This document shows positions 21,564 through 32,000 of a stretch of DNA of 32,000 bases, one piece after another. A program made the translations under genes and the position numbers. Every line of letters starts with the position of its first letter. The stretch's first letter is position 1. Under the pieces are notes generated by a model, which made no database searches, was not told where the DNA came from, and was given only the letters and a program-made list of their open reading frames with translations. The DNA is taken from positions 1,740,001-1,772,000 of the forward strand of contig NC_002677.1 in NCBI RefSeq assembly GCF_000195855.1, read 5' to 3'. The stretch is from Mycobacterium leprae TN (lineage in GTDB: Bacteria > Actinomycetota > Actinomycetes > Mycobacteriales > Mycobacteriaceae).

Positions 21564-22667
21564 TCAAATCGAGACGAGGTCGTCGGCGTGCACCGCGGGC
21601 CGGCGCAGCTCGCAAGGCAGCTCCGAGGTCGACCGGCCCATCATGGCGGCCAGCTCGGTCGCGTCATAGGCGACCACACCGCGGGCGACCATCGTCGCGT
21701 CTGGTCCGCGCAATTCCACGACATCACCGCCGTAGAACCGGCCCGAAACCGCGGTGATACCCGCGGCCAGCAGCGAGCGGCGTTGCTGTACCACTGCCCA
21801 TACCGCACCCTCGTCGAGGGTTAACGAGCCGACAGAGTCGGCAGCATAGCGCAACCAGAACCGCCGGGCGGACATCCGGTCCGGCCGCGCGGCGAACACT
21901 GTGCCAACCGAGGCATCGGTAAGCGCAGTCGCGGCGTCAGCCGCGGCAGCCAGCAGCACCGGCACACCCGCGTCGGCGGCCAGTAGCGCCGATGACATCT
22001 TCGATACCATTCCACCTGTTCCCAAGGAACTGCCCCGGCTGGCGACCACACCATCGAGATCTGCCGACCCGGTCACCTCAGGAACAAAGCGCGCACCGGT
22101 ATTCTTCCGCGGATCCGAATCGTAGAGACCATTGATATCGGATAGCAGCACTAAAGCTTCGGCACCGACCAGGTGCGCCACCACCGCCGAAAGCCGATCG
22201 TTGTCACCGAACCGGATCTCGTTGGTAGCCACGGTGTCGTTCTCGTTGACGATTGCCACCGCATGAAGCGCCCGCAACCGGTCTAGGGTGCGTTGAGCGT
22301 TAGTGTGTTGGACTCGCATCGAAATATCCTGCGCAGTCAGCAGCACCTGCCCTACCGCGCGACCATACCGGGCGAACGCTGCGCTCCAGGAGTTTACCAG
22401 CGCAACTTGCCCGACGCTGGCCGCAGCCTGCTTGGTCGCTAAATCTTTTGGGCGAAGTGATAATCCAAGCGGCTCAATGCCGGCGGCGATGGCACCCGAA
22501 GACACGATGACCACATCAGTACCGGCCTTCATCCGCGCCTCTATCGCGTCGACCAGTCTGGCCAGCCGGCTAGAATCGAATACTCCGGATGATGTGGTGA
22601 GCGCGTTAGTCCCAACCTTGACGACCAAACTCCGAGCAGCTCTGATCGCGTCGCGATGTACACTCAC
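21564..22667 (-). CDS. proB: Glutamate 5-kinase with C-terminal PUA domain
   Basis: [63 protein letters not shown] and PUA-like [13 protein letters not shown]. Confidence 0.95.
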   Translation of the reverse strand: MSVHRDAIRAARSLVVKVGTNALTTSSGVFDSSRLARLVDAIEARMKAGTDVVIVSSGAIAAGIEPLGLSLRPKDLATKQAAASVGQVALVNSWSAAFARYGRAVGQVLLTAQDISMRVQHTNAQRTLDRLRALHAVAIVNENDTVATNEIRFGDNDRLSAVVAHLVGAEALVLLSDINGLYDSDPRKNTGARFVPEVTGSADLDGVVASRGSSLGTGGMVSKMSSALLAADAGVPVLLAAAADAATALTDASVGTVFAARPDRMSARRFWLRYAADSVGSLTLDEGAVWAVVQQRRSLLAAGITAVSGRFYGGDVVELRGPDATMVARGVVAYDATELAAMMGRSTSELPCELRRPAVHADDLVSI

Positions 22668-22670
22668 GGC

Positions 22671-24110
22671 TCATCCACCGTGTTTGTGACGCTGATGCCG
22701 CGCAACCTTGCGTTCAGCGGTACCAACGGGGTCGGTACTTTCCAACCTCGCGTCGGTACCCCGGCCTGACATTGCGACCGGATGGCCCGCAGGCTTTTGT
22801 GGCTCCCAATCGAACGTCATCCCACCAATGCTTACTGTACACCCCGGCTGTGCACCCACCCGCAGCAGTTCGTCCTCTACCCCGAGGCGTGCCAGCCGGT
22901 CGGCGAGATAGCCGACCGCTTCGGCGTTATCGAAGTTGGTCTGATGAATCCAACGTTCGGGTCGCGTACCGGTAACCACAAAGCCGCCCTGTCCGTCCGG
23001 TTCAACGGTAAAGCCGCTGTCATCGACAGGCACCGGACGAATCAGCGACCGTCCCGGCGCCGGCTCCGACCTCGCGGCGTGGTACGCTGAGATCATCTGC
23101 CACAGCCCGAAAATCAATGACTGCAGGTTTTCTCGAGTGACCGTCGACACACTAAACACCGGCCAACCGCGCTCGGCAGCAATGTTGTCGCAAACGAATT
23201 CAGCGAGCTCGCGGGCGTCCGGCACATCGATTTTGTTGAGCACCACCGCACGGGGCCGCTCAGCAAAGTCACCCAAAGTCGTATCTCCTTGCAGTGTCGG
23301 GGTATAAGCTGCGAGTTCGGCCTCCAGCGCGGCGATGTCCAAGATCGGATCACGCCCCGGTTCTACACTCGTACAATCCACCACGTGCACCAGCACCGCG
23401 CACCGCTCGATATGCCGTAAAAAGTCCAGACCCAGGCCGCGCCCCGCCGAAGCTCCCGGGATTAAACCAGGCACATCAGCGACGGTGAACGCGTGTTCGC
23501 CGACCGAGACCACGCCGAGATTGGGAACAAGCGTAGTGAACGGGTAGTCGGCAATCTTGGGTTTGGCCGCCGAGATCACGGACACAAGGGACGACTTTCC
23601 GGCCGAAGGAAACCCGATCAAACCGACATCGGCAACGCTCTTGAGCTCCAGGGTGAGATCACGAGACTCGCCTTGTTCACCGAGCAGTGCGAAGCCGGGC
23701 ACCTTGCGGGTACGCGACGCGAGCGCTGCATTGCCCAAGCCGCCGCGACCGCCAGCGGCGGCTTGGAAACGAGTGCCCGCGCCTACCAGATCAGCTAGCA
23801 ACCGACCGTCTTCGTCCAGGACGACGGTGCCGTCGGGGACTTTGACTTCCAGATCCGCGCCGGCTGCACCGTCACGGTTGTTGCCCATACCCTGTTTGCC
23901 GGATGGCGCGGTGATGTGCGGTCGGAAATGAAAGTCCAACAAGGTGTGCACATGAGGGTCGACGACGAAGACCACGCTGCCGCCACGGCCACCATTGCCA
24001 CCATCAGGGCCACCTAACGGCTTGAACTTTGAGCGATGAATCGAAGCGCAGCCGTTACCGCCAGAACCCGCCCAGGTGTGGATGACGACGCGATCGACAA
24101 ACCGAGGCAT
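22671..24110 (-). CDS. obg: Obg/CgtA ribosome-associated GTPase
   Basis: [29 protein letters not shown], Obg [11 protein letters not shown]-like region, Walker [37 protein letters not shown]. Start chosen at MPRFVDRV. Confidence 0.94.
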   Translation of the reverse strand: MPRFVDRVVIHTWAGSGGNGCASIHRSKFKPLGGPDGGNGGRGGSVVFVVDPHVHTLLDFHFRPHITAPSGKQGMGNNRDGAAGADLEVKVPDGTVVLDEDGRLLADLVGAGTRFQAAAGGRGGLGNAALASRTRKVPGFALLGEQGESRDLTLELKSVADVGLIGFPSAGKSSLVSVISAAKPKIADYPFTTLVPNLGVVSVGEHAFTVADVPGLIPGASAGRGLGLDFLRHIERCAVLVHVVDCTSVEPGRDPILDIAALEAELAAYTPTLQGDTTLGDFAERPRAVVLNKIDVPDARELAEFVCDNIAAERGWPVFSVSTVTRENLQSLIFGLWQMISAYHAARSEPAPGRSLIRPVPVDDSGFTVEPDGQGGFVVTGTRPERWIHQTNFDNAEAVGYLADRLARLGVEDELLRVGAQPGCTVSIGGMTFDWEPQKPAGHPVAMSGRGTDARLESTDPVGTAERKVARHQRHKHGG

Positions 24111-24224
24111 CGGGGGTCCTCTCACCCGCCAACGAACACATGTGCCGAAATCTACGTTTTGCAAAAAACGCGTGAATGACTACCTGCAAAACACCGATTT
24201 CGCGCGAAGGGACCACAAGACGTT

Positions 24225-24491
24225 CTAGTCGGCGGTTAGCCCGACAGCGACAATGTTGACGGTCTTGCGTCCACGCTTGACGCCGAATTCGACGGCTCCT
24301 GCCGATGTGGCGAATAGTGTGTCGTCGCCGCCGCGCCCGACGTTCACACCGGGATGAAACTTGGTGCCACGCTGGCGGACCAGAATCTCGCCAGCCTTGA
24401 CGACCTGGCCACCGAACCGCTTGACTCCCAGCCGCTGAGCGGCGGAATCGCGACCGTTACGCGAGCTAGAAGCTCCCTTCTTGTGTGCCAT
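24225..24491 (-). CDS. rpmA: 50S ribosomal protein L27
   Basis: [48 protein letters not shown] is the L27 signature. Confidence 0.97.
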
Positions 24492-24502
24492 CTGTTTGCT
24501 CC

Positions 24503-24814
24503 CTACTTGATGCCAGTGACCTTGAGGACAGTCAACTGCTGACGGTGTCCCTGGCGCTTATGGTAGCCAGTCTTGTTCTTGAACTTGTGGATACGGATCT
24601 TGGGACCCTTGGTGTGCTCGAGCACTTTACCGGTCACCGCAACTTTGGCCAAAGCTTTGGCATTGGTGGTGACGGTGGCGCCATCGACGACCAAGGTGAC
24701 GGGCAAAGATACCTTGGCGCCGGGCTCGAAGTCGAGCTTCTCGATCTTGACCACGTCTCCCACAGCAACCTTGTACTGCTTGCCACCGGTCTTGACGATT
24801 GCATAGGTCGCCAT
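24503..24814 (-). CDS. rplU: 50S ribosomal protein L21
   Basis: [27 protein letters not shown]...[28 protein letters not shown] is the L21 signature. Confidence 0.97.
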
Positions 24815-25040
24815 TATTGCTCCTGCCTCTGTCTTTCTAACCTCTTCTGGGCACTTCGCGCGGTACCACCGGCATACGCGTAGCTAGGTCTGGGGTGGGG
24901 GCTCAGACCTGATCACTGGGCTGAGGCCCGCTGTCGCCGGGCTAGGTTTAATCGCCTTCCTGCCGACAACTACCCAAGGGTAGTTGACCAGCGACTACAG
25001 GGTCAAACAGGCTCTGACCGCTGTTTGATCGGATGCAAGG

Positions 25041-27815
25041 TCAGTCCACGTGGATCGGCGGCCCGGCCGGACGACCCGCTGCGCGCCGCCGTCGCGGACG
25101 GGCAAAACCTGATCTGTTTCTGATCAGGAGAGTGGAGCGGTCAAGCACGTCAGCGCTGTCGAGGTCGGCCTCGGAGTCAGACTCGTCTTCGTCAACGTCA
25201 AGATCGTCGTCTAAATCGAGTTCCTCGTCATCGTCGCCAAGGTCTTCCTCGTCGTCGAGCTCCTCGTCATCGTCGAGGTCGTCTTCTTCGTCGGTGTCGA
25301 AATCTTCCTGGTCAACATCATCTAGGCCAGCAACAGCCTGCTCTTCGAGCGGCTCGTCGATCTTCCCGGTGAGTTCTGTACCAGACTCGTTGGATTCGTC
25401 CTCGCCACCAACAACCACCGAGGACGAGCCCGCGGCCATCGCCTTAAACATCGGATGCTCGCCCGGAGCATGCACCGGTACTTTAACCACAGCGGTCTCG
25501 TCCGATCGGTTCTTTTTCGATCGCTTACTTCGCCGACCGCCTGACTCGGACTTGCGTCCAACCATCGGGGTCGAATTAGCTGGGTCGGTGTGCAGCAGGA
25601 TACCGCGACCTGTGCAGTTCGGACACGATGTCGAGAACGCCTCGACCAGCCCGGTGCCCAACCGTTTGCGGGTCAATTGCACCAGCCCCAAAGACGTCAC
25701 CTCGGACACCTGGTGACGAGTGCGGTCGCGAGCAAGCACCTCAGTCAGTCGACGCAACACCAAGTCGCGGTTGGACTCGAGCACCATATCGATGAAGTCG
25801 ATGACCACGATGCCGCCAATATCACGCAGCCGCAGCTGGCGCACGATCTCCTCAGCTGCCTCAAGATTATTCTTGGTGACTGTCTGCTCGAGGTTACCCC
25901 CAGACCCGGTGAACTTGCCAGTATTGACGTCGATCACCGTCATCGCCTCAGTCCGGTCAATCACCAGTGTACCGCCCGATGGCAGCCACACTTTCCGGTC
26001 CATTGCCTTGGCCAATTGCTCGTCGATGCGATGTACCGCGAAGACATCTGGCCCGTGCTGCCCGTCCGGACCGATTGGCGGGTCATACTTTGTCAACTTC
26101 GAAACAAGTTCGGGAGCAACAGAATTCACATACTCATTGATGGTATTCCATGCCTCGTCGCCGGAGACGACGAGGCCCGAGAAGTCGTCATTGAACAAGT
26201 CGCGGATGACTTTGACCAACACATCCGGTTCCTCATAAAGGGCCACCGCAGCGCCAGCGGCCTTTTCCTTGGTCTGGATTGTCTTGGCTTCGATCTGTTC
26301 CCAGTGCTCCTGCAGGCGGGTGACATCCTTGCGGATGTCTTCCTCTTTGACGCCCTCTGACGCAGTGCGGATGATCACGCCCGCATCGGGTGGCACTACC
26401 TCACGCAGGATCTCCTTGAGGCGCTGGCGTTCGGTGTCAGGCAGCTTACGGCTGATCCCGGTCGACGACGCCCCTGGGACGTAAACCAGGTAACGACCGG
26501 CCAAAGACACTTGCGTGGTAAGTCGCGCCCCTTTGTGCCCGACCGGGTCCTTGTTGACCTGGACAACGATATAGTCGCCGGGTTTGAGGGCCTGTTCAAT
26601 CTTGCGATCGGCCCCGCCCAATCCGGCCGCTTCCCAGTTTACTTCTCCGGCATAAAGCACGCCGTTGCGACCGCGACCGATGTCAACGAAGGCCGCCTCC
26701 ATCGACGGCAGCACGTTCTGCACGATACCGAGGTAGATGTTGCCGACCAGGGAAGCAGATGCTGCCGACGTCACGAAGTGCTCGACGACGATGCCGTCTT
26801 CGAGCACCGCGATCTGGGTGTATCGAGCGCCAGGGTGGGGCGGCTCAGTGCGGATCCGATCGCGCACCACCATGACCCGCTCGACGGACTCGCGCCGAGC
26901 CAGGAATTCGGCCTCGCTCAACACTGATGAACGGCGCCGCCCGGCGTCGCGCCCGTCTCGGCGGCGTTGCCGCTTGGCCTCCAGTCGAGTCGAACCGTCG
27001 ATACCCTTGATATCGGCGCTGCCCGTGCCGTTGACGCCGTTGTCAAAACTAGCAGACCGACCAGCCGCACGGGGTGTCCGTTCGTGCACAACCGTGTTCG
27101 GCGGATCGTCGGGCGCGCACCCCTCGTCTTCACCTACCCCCGACTTACGACGTCGGCGCCGACGGCGGCGGCGGTTGCCGGCTTCAGAGGACCCACTCTC
27201 GTCGTAACCGATTTCGGTGTCTTCGGACTCGTCGAAATCTTGGCCATCGAAGTCCTCAGACTCGGTTGAGTCGACCGCGCCGTCGACATCGTCGCTCTGG
27301 ACGTCGGATCCACCCTGCTCACCGCGGCCCCGACCACGACCCCGACGGCCACGACGCCGACGACGGTTCGCCGGTCGATCGGGTTGCTCTTCGTCGTCGC
27401 CAACGTCGGAGTCGTCACCGGATTCCACATCATCGTCAGCGCAGGAGTCATCATCGACCTCTATCGGCTGTGGCGCAACGAACAACGGCATGTAGTGCGG
27501 CCGCTCTACTGTGGTTTCTAGCACCAGCCGAGAGTCGCGCTCTTCGAGCGCGACAGGGTTATCAGGTACGGCAGTGAGTTCATGAGGTGAGTTGGGTTGG
27601 CTGGCCAGCAGATCACGGACCCGGACCGCGTCGACGCGGTCGACACTGGAATGTGCGCTACGGATCCGGCCGTCGAGAGCGCTCAGCACGTCCAACACTC
27701 GTCTGCTGGTGGTTCCCAACGTTCGTGCTAGCGAATGGACTCTCAAGCGGTCCGGCAGTTCCATATGCTGCGTCGGCTCTTTTGATGGCTCTAACGGGGG
27801 TGCACCGTCTATCAC
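25041..27815 (-). CDS. rne: Ribonuclease E/G
   Basis: 924-aa ORF with S1 region (GNIYLGIVQNVLPSMEAAFVDIGRGRNGVLYAGEVNW) and catalytic core (GGTLVIDRTEAMTVIDVNTGKFTG; IGGIVVIDFIDM; CPNCTGRG), plus acidic low-complexity C-terminus. Confidence 0.95.
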   Translation of the reverse strand: MIDGAPPLEPSKEPTQHMELPDRLRVHSLARTLGTTSRRVLDVLSALDGRIRSAHSSVDRVDAVRVRDLLASQPNSPHELTAVPDNPVALEERDSRLVLETTVERPHYMPLFVAPQPIEVDDDSCADDDVESGDDSDVGDDEEQPDRPANRRRRRGRRGRGRGRGEQGGSDVQSDDVDGAVDSTESEDFDGQDFDESEDTEIGYDESGSSEAGNRRRRRRRRRKSGVGEDEGCAPDDPPNTVVHERTPRAAGRSASFDNGVNGTGSADIKGIDGSTRLEAKRQRRRDGRDAGRRRSSVLSEAEFLARRESVERVMVVRDRIRTEPPHPGARYTQIAVLEDGIVVEHFVTSAASASLVGNIYLGIVQNVLPSMEAAFVDIGRGRNGVLYAGEVNWEAAGLGGADRKIEQALKPGDYIVVQVNKDPVGHKGARLTTQVSLAGRYLVYVPGASSTGISRKLPDTERQRLKEILREVVPPDAGVIIRTASEGVKEEDIRKDVTRLQEHWEQIEAKTIQTKEKAAGAAVALYEEPDVLVKVIRDLFNDDFSGLVVSGDEAWNTINEYVNSVAPELVSKLTKYDPPIGPDGQHGPDVFAVHRIDEQLAKAMDRKVWLPSGGTLVIDRTEAMTVIDVNTGKFTGSGGNLEQTVTKNNLEAAEEIVRQLRLRDIGGIVVIDFIDMVLESNRDLVLRRLTEVLARDRTRHQVSEVTSLGLVQLTRKRLGTGLVEAFSTSCPNCTGRGILLHTDPANSTPMVGRKSESGGRRSKRSKKNRSDETAVVKVPVHAPGEHPMFKAMAAGSSSVVVGGEDESNESGTELTGKIDEPLEEQAVAGLDDVDQEDFDTDEEDDLDDDEELDDEEDLGDDDEELDLDDDLDVDEDESDSEADLDSADVLDRSTLLIRNRSGFARPRRRRAAGRPAGPPIHVD

Positions 27816-28157
27816 GTATTCTCCTCAAGCCCCCGGGCGCGTCCGATCGACGCGGCCACACGAAGGCCTTCGCTATGTGTCCGGGTCACTTCTCCCGGAC
27901 TTGTGATGGCCTCACCCCGAGCAGTTCATCTAGAGAACTCACTCGGCGGCATAGTGAATGACGGCTTGACACGCCGCGCTACGTCGCGGGATCACGATGG
28001 TCGCGCTTGTCTAAGTCTTCATTCGGGTGTCTGGCGCCGGTACGACGACGTTCACCTGCTACCAGTATCCCACATTGCCGGCGCGTCCACTCGCCCCTGA
28101 TGTGGCTACAACACGGCCCGTTTAGGAACCCGGCACGGGCCCCTTCTCACCCACGCG

Positions 28158-28568
28158 CTAAATGCCGGGAAACCACAACGCGATTTCGCGCTGTGCCGAA
28201 GCAGTCGAATCGGAACCGTGGACCAAGTTGAATTGCGTTTCCAACGCTAAATCGCCCCGGATTGTGCCCGGCGCCGCCTTCTCCACCGGATCGGTGCCCC
28301 CGGTGAGTTGGCGAACCGCCGCAACGGCACGTGGTCCCTCCACGATCGCCGCCATCACTGGACCCGAGGTGATAAACTCCAATAACGATCCAAAAAATGG
28401 CTTGCTCTCGTGCTCGGCGTAATGCTGGCTGGCCAATTCCTCACCGACCTGTCTAAGTTCCAACGCCGCGATGGTGAGACCCTTCCGTTCGATGCGGCTG
28501 ATGATCTCCCCAATCAATTGCCGTTCCACAGCATCCGGTTTGATCAACACGAGAGTCCGTTCGGTCAC
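28158..28568 (-). CDS. ndk: Nucleoside diphosphate kinase
   Basis: [30 protein letters not shown]...[22 protein letters not shown] including active-site NLVHGSDS. Confidence 0.97.
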
Positions 28569-28617
28569 GGCGCACAGCGTACCTAACGGCTCGCCGATCA
28601 GCTCGACGGCAGTATTC

Positions 28618-28989
28618 CTAACGCCGACTGACCTCGGCCCGAAAATACACGATCAGCGCCCACAATCCGGCGAACAACACACCAACGAATCCCAACACAG
28701 GGTACACGGCGCAGCCGACTAGCACCACCACCTGTACGCCCAGGTTCACCCAGATCGCCCAAGCCTTGCGTTGCAGTCCGACCAGGACGATTAACAGCCC
28801 GGCCAGCCCAATCAGAAAACTCAGCGCAGACAGAGTCAGCCCGCCGGACGCACCCAACACCGGTAACGCCAGCAGCACGACGATTGCCTCAAGAAAGAGT
28901 ATAGCAGCCATCACCCCGGCAAAGCTCTTCCAGGGGTCGGCAGATGGCAGAGGCTTTTGCGGACCGTGCTCCCCCGGGCTGTCCGTCAT
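28618..28989 (-). CDS. DUF4233-type small membrane protein (Rv2446c-like)
   Basis: 123-aa ORF with several hydrophobic segments between ndk and folC; its start overlaps the folC stop by 4 nt. Confidence 0.8.
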   Translation of the reverse strand: MTDSPGEHGPQKPLPSADPWKSFAGVMAAILFLEAIVVLLALPVLGASGGLTLSALSFLIGLAGLLIVLVGLQRKAWAIWVNLGVQVVVLVGCAVYPVLGFVGVLFAGLWALIVYFRAEVSRR

Positions 28990-30443
28990 TGTGGGTCACG
29001 GCCAAACAAAGTCCGTGCGATTCCGGCGGTGATCACCGAGCCGGTGATGACGATCCCACGGCCGGAGACTCCGAGCCCTTCGATTTCCTCATTGGCAGCG
29101 GCGTCGTCGACCAGTGCAGTCGCTGCGTCGATAGCGTCACGCAGGTTCGCCGCGCTGATTACCCGGTCGGGGCCGAACCGCTCCCGCGCCACCAACGCCA
29201 GCGACTCAACATCCAACGCCCGCGGCGAGCCGTTGTCAGTCACAACGATATAATCCAGCACCAGCTCCAGTGCGGCCAGGATGCCATCAACGTCCTTGTT
29301 TGCCAGCACGCTGAGCACCCCGACCAGGGTTCGGAAATTAAATTCGTCAGACAGCGTGCGCGCCAACGCATTCGCTCCGGCGGGATTGTGAGCGGCGTCG
29401 ATGAACACCGTCGGGGCACTGCGCATGCGTTCCAACCTGCCGGGGCTGATGACAGCGGCGAAACCGGACCGCACCGCCTCGACATCGAGCTGGCGCTGCA
29501 CCCCGGCACCATAAAACGCCTCGACCGCAGCAAGCACCAAGACCGCGTTGTGCGCCTGGTGTTCGCCATGTAACGGCAGGTAAATGTCATTATAAACTCC
29601 ACCAAGCCCCTGCAGCTGCAACACCTGACCACCGATTGCGACCTGACGGTCCAAGACCGCGAACTCCGAATCCTGACGGACGACTCGAGCGCCGGCATGT
29701 GCCGATTGAGCCAACAGCACCCCCATCGCCGCAGGTACCTGACGACCGATTACCACGACGGTGTCTGGCGCGCCTTCGGGAGCTTTCGTGATAATGCCCG
29801 CCTTCTCGCGGGCGATCGCTGCAACGTCGTTGCCAAGATACTCGACGTGGTCGATGCTGACCGGGGTGATCACGGCGACCGATGCATTAATCACGTTGGT
29901 CGCATCCCATCGCCCACCGAGGCCCACCTCAACCACCGCGATGTCGACGGGCGCATTCGCGAACGCGGCGAACGCCATCGCGGTGACTACCTCGAACTTG
30001 CTCAGCGCCGGCCCCCCAGAGGACTGCGACTGGGCATCGATCATCTGCACAAACGGTTCAACCTCACGGTAAGTTGCTACATATTGCGCCGGGCTGATCG
30101 GTTTTGAGTCAATCGCGATGCGTTCGACTACCGACTGCAGGTGAGGGCTGGTAAAGCGGCCAGTGCGCTGGTGCAGCGCGGTTAGCAGCGCGTCAACCAT
30201 CCTCGTCACCGAGGTCTTCCCGTTGGTGCCAGCGACGTGTATCGACGGATAACTGAGTTGCGGTGAGCCGAGAACATCCATTAACGCACTGATCCGAGTC
30301 AAACTCGGTTCGATACAGGTCTCTGGCCAGCGCTGGTCCAGCAGGTGTTCAACCTGCAACAGGGAGGCGACCTTGTCCGGTGTGAGAGCAGCGACATTGG
30401 TTTCAAGACGTCCGGATCCCCAGTCAGGCAGCTCTGCGGTCAT
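28986..30443 (-). CDS. folC: Folylpolyglutamate synthase / dihydrofolate synthase
   Basis: [71 protein letters not shown]. Confidence 0.95.
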   Translation of the reverse strand: MTAELPDWGSGRLETNVAALTPDKVASLLQVEHLLDQRWPETCIEPSLTRISALMDVLGSPQLSYPSIHVAGTNGKTSVTRMVDALLTALHQRTGRFTSPHLQSVVERIAIDSKPISPAQYVATYREVEPFVQMIDAQSQSSGGPALSKFEVVTAMAFAAFANAPVDIAVVEVGLGGRWDATNVINASVAVITPVSIDHVEYLGNDVAAIAREKAGIITKAPEGAPDTVVVIGRQVPAAMGVLLAQSAHAGARVVRQDSEFAVLDRQVAIGGQVLQLQGLGGVYNDIYLPLHGEHQAHNAVLVLAAVEAFYGAGVQRQLDVEAVRSGFAAVISPGRLERMRSAPTVFIDAAHNPAGANALARTLSDEFNFRTLVGVLSVLANKDVDGILAALELVLDYIVVTDNGSPRALDVESLALVARERFGPDRVISAANLRDAIDAATALVDDAAANEEIEGLGVSGRGIVITGSVITAGIARTLFGRDPQ

Positions 30444-32000
30444 TGCAGCCCAGCCAGCCTAGCGATGATGCGGTCGGTTTCTTCCTTAGCCATCCGCTGA
30501 CGATCGCGGATTTTGACAACGACTGCTTCCGGGGCTTTAGCTAGAAAGTCCGCGTTGGCCAACTTTGCGGCGGTCGATGCCAGCTCTTTTTGCGCTGCAG
30601 CCAAGTCCTTTTCCATGCGACGACGCTCGGCAGCCACATCGATGGTGCCCGAAGTGTCGAGTTCAACGACGACGGCGCGGTCTTTGTTAGGGCCGAGACG
30701 AACCTCCAGCAACGCTGAAGGGCGAAAATCGTTGCTCGCAGCAGTAAGCAAAGCTAGTGATGTCACGAAGCCCACCTGGGTGGCCAGGTCGGAATCTTCG
30801 ACACCAGACAATCGAGCCGGCACCTTCTGTCGATCGACCAACCCCTGATCACTACGGAACCGACGGATCTCGGTCACCAGCTTCTGCATATCGCTGATCC
30901 GCTGCGCGGCAACCAGATCTAGGCTGATGCCAGAAGGCTCCGGCCAGGTAGCAATCACTAGTGACTCCAGTTGGGTCAGTGCCTGCCAGAGCGTTTCGGT
31001 AATAAACGGCATCACCGGGTGCAGCAACCGCAGCAACGTATCGAGTGCCGCGGCCAGCACTGCTGTGGTGTGCGTGAGCCCGTCAGCAAGCTGTGCCTTG
31101 GCCAATTCGAGATACCAGTCGCAGAATTCGTCCCACGCAAAATGGTAGAGCGCCTCGCAGGCGCGGCTGAATTCGTAGCCATCGAAAGCTGAATCAACTT
31201 CGGCGCGAACCTGTTCCAGCCTTCCGAGAATCCAGCGGTCGGCATCTGTCAGCGCCGTCAGCGCAGGCAAAGGTACCAGCGCAGCACCATTGAGCAGTGC
31301 GTACCGGGTGGCGTTGAACAGCTTGGTACCGAAGTTGCGCGACGCGCGGACGTGATCCTCTCCTATAGCCAGATCACCACCGGGGCTGGAGCCGCGTGCC
31401 AGAGTGAAGCGCAGCGCGTCAGCTCCGAACATATCCATCCAGGCCAGCGGGTCGATGACGTTACCCCTGGACTTACTCATCTTGCGACCGAATTCGTCGC
31501 GGATCAGCCCATGCAGGAAGACATCGGTGAACGGCACCTGCGGGCCACGGCAGCCACCCAGTGTGATGGCATCGTCCCCGCCGACGAAGGTGCCGAGCAT
31601 CATCATGCGCGCTACCCAGAAAAACAGAATGTCATAGCCGGTGACGAGAATACTTGTCGGATAGAATTTTTCCAGCTCCGGAGTCATTTGTGGCCAGCCC
31701 AGCGTGGAAAACGGCCACAACGCGGACGAGAACCAGGTGTCCAGCACGTCGGGGTCCTGTTGCCAGCCCTCCGGAGGGGTCTCGTCGGGACCGACACACA
31801 CTTGTTCCCCGTTGGGACCGTACCAGATCGGTATGCGATGGCCCCACCACAGCTGCCGTGAGATGCACCAGTCGCGCATGTCGTCCACCCAAGCGAACCA
31901 GCGCGATTCCATGCTAGCAGGGTGAATCACGGTGTCCCCGTTACGCACCGCGTCACCAGCGGCCTTGGCCAGCGATTCCACCCTGACCCACCATTGCAGC
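30440..32000 (-). CDS. valS: Valyl-tRNA synthetase, C-terminal part (5' end beyond the window)
   Basis: [50 protein letters not shown] (KMSKS motif). The frame stays open to base 32000, so the listed start at 31981 is only an internal GTG. Confidence 0.96.
   Translation of the reverse strand, partial: LQWWVRVESLAKAAGDAVRNGDTVIHPASMESRWFAWVDDMRDWCISRQLWWGHRIPIWYGPNGEQVCVGPDETPPEGWQQDPDVLDTWFSSALWPFSTLGWPQMTPELEKFYPTSILVTGYDILFFWVARMMMLGTFVGGDDAITLGGCRGPQVPFTDVFLHGLIRDEFGRKMSKSRGNVIDPLAWMDMFGADALRFTLARGSSPGGDLAIGEDHVRASRNFGTKLFNATRYALLNGAALVPLPALTALTDADRWILGRLEQVRAEVDSAFDGYEFSRACEALYHFAWDEFCDWYLELAKAQLADGLTHTTAVLAAALDTLLRLLHPVMPFITETLWQALTQLESLVIATWPEPSGISLDLVAAQRISDMQKLVTEIRRFRSDQGLVDRQKVPARLSGVEDSDLATQVGFVTSLALLTAASNDFRPSALLEVRLGPNKDRAVVVELDTSGTIDVAAERRRMEKDLAAAQKELASTAAKLANADFLAKAPEAVVVKIRDRQRMAKEETDRIIARLAGLQ

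Noticed and set aside
25033-25716. 227-aa serine-rich ORF on the + strand
   Set aside because: Antisense to the C-terminus of rne; the Ser-rich composition is the mirror of acidic Asp/Glu codons, so it is a composition artefact.
1-32000. CRISPR arrays, rRNA/tRNA genes, prophage or intact insertion sequences
   Set aside because: No regularly spaced repeats, tRNA/rRNA-like sequences, integrase or transposase reading frames were recognised by eye; dispersed M. leprae repeat families (such as RLEP) were not recognised either, but a BLAST check is needed to be certain.

Overview
Mycobacterial chromosomal segment whose mix of intact genes and heavily decayed ones fits the Mycobacterium leprae genome (inferred from remembered M. 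tuberculosis protein sequences and gene order; no search was run). Intact genes: an Rv2061c-like F420/PPOX-fold enzyme, sigC, octT-gpgP-rsfS-nadD, proA, nadE, proB, obg, rpmA, rplU, rne, ndk, a DUF4233-like membrane protein, folC and the 3' part of valS. The first ~19 kb is mostly pseudogenes that can be read by joining frames. They include cobN/cobK/cobM/cobL relics around sigC, an mmpL, a DegV-family gene, a VapBC-like toxin-antitoxin pair, a vWA (CoxE-like) protein plus MoxR AAA+ ATPase, an LLM F420-dependent oxidoreductase, an Rv2435c-like adenylate cyclase, a HipBA-like pair and rbsK. The most interesting non-coding signals are a perfect 25-bp inverted repeat (5-nt loop) ending 17 bp before the sigC start, at the cobN relic/sigC junction, and a (TA)10 tract inside the mmpL relic. 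I found no CRISPR array, rRNA, tRNA or intact mobile element, and no convincing intact new system. The novelty here is mainly relics and the sigC hairpin.
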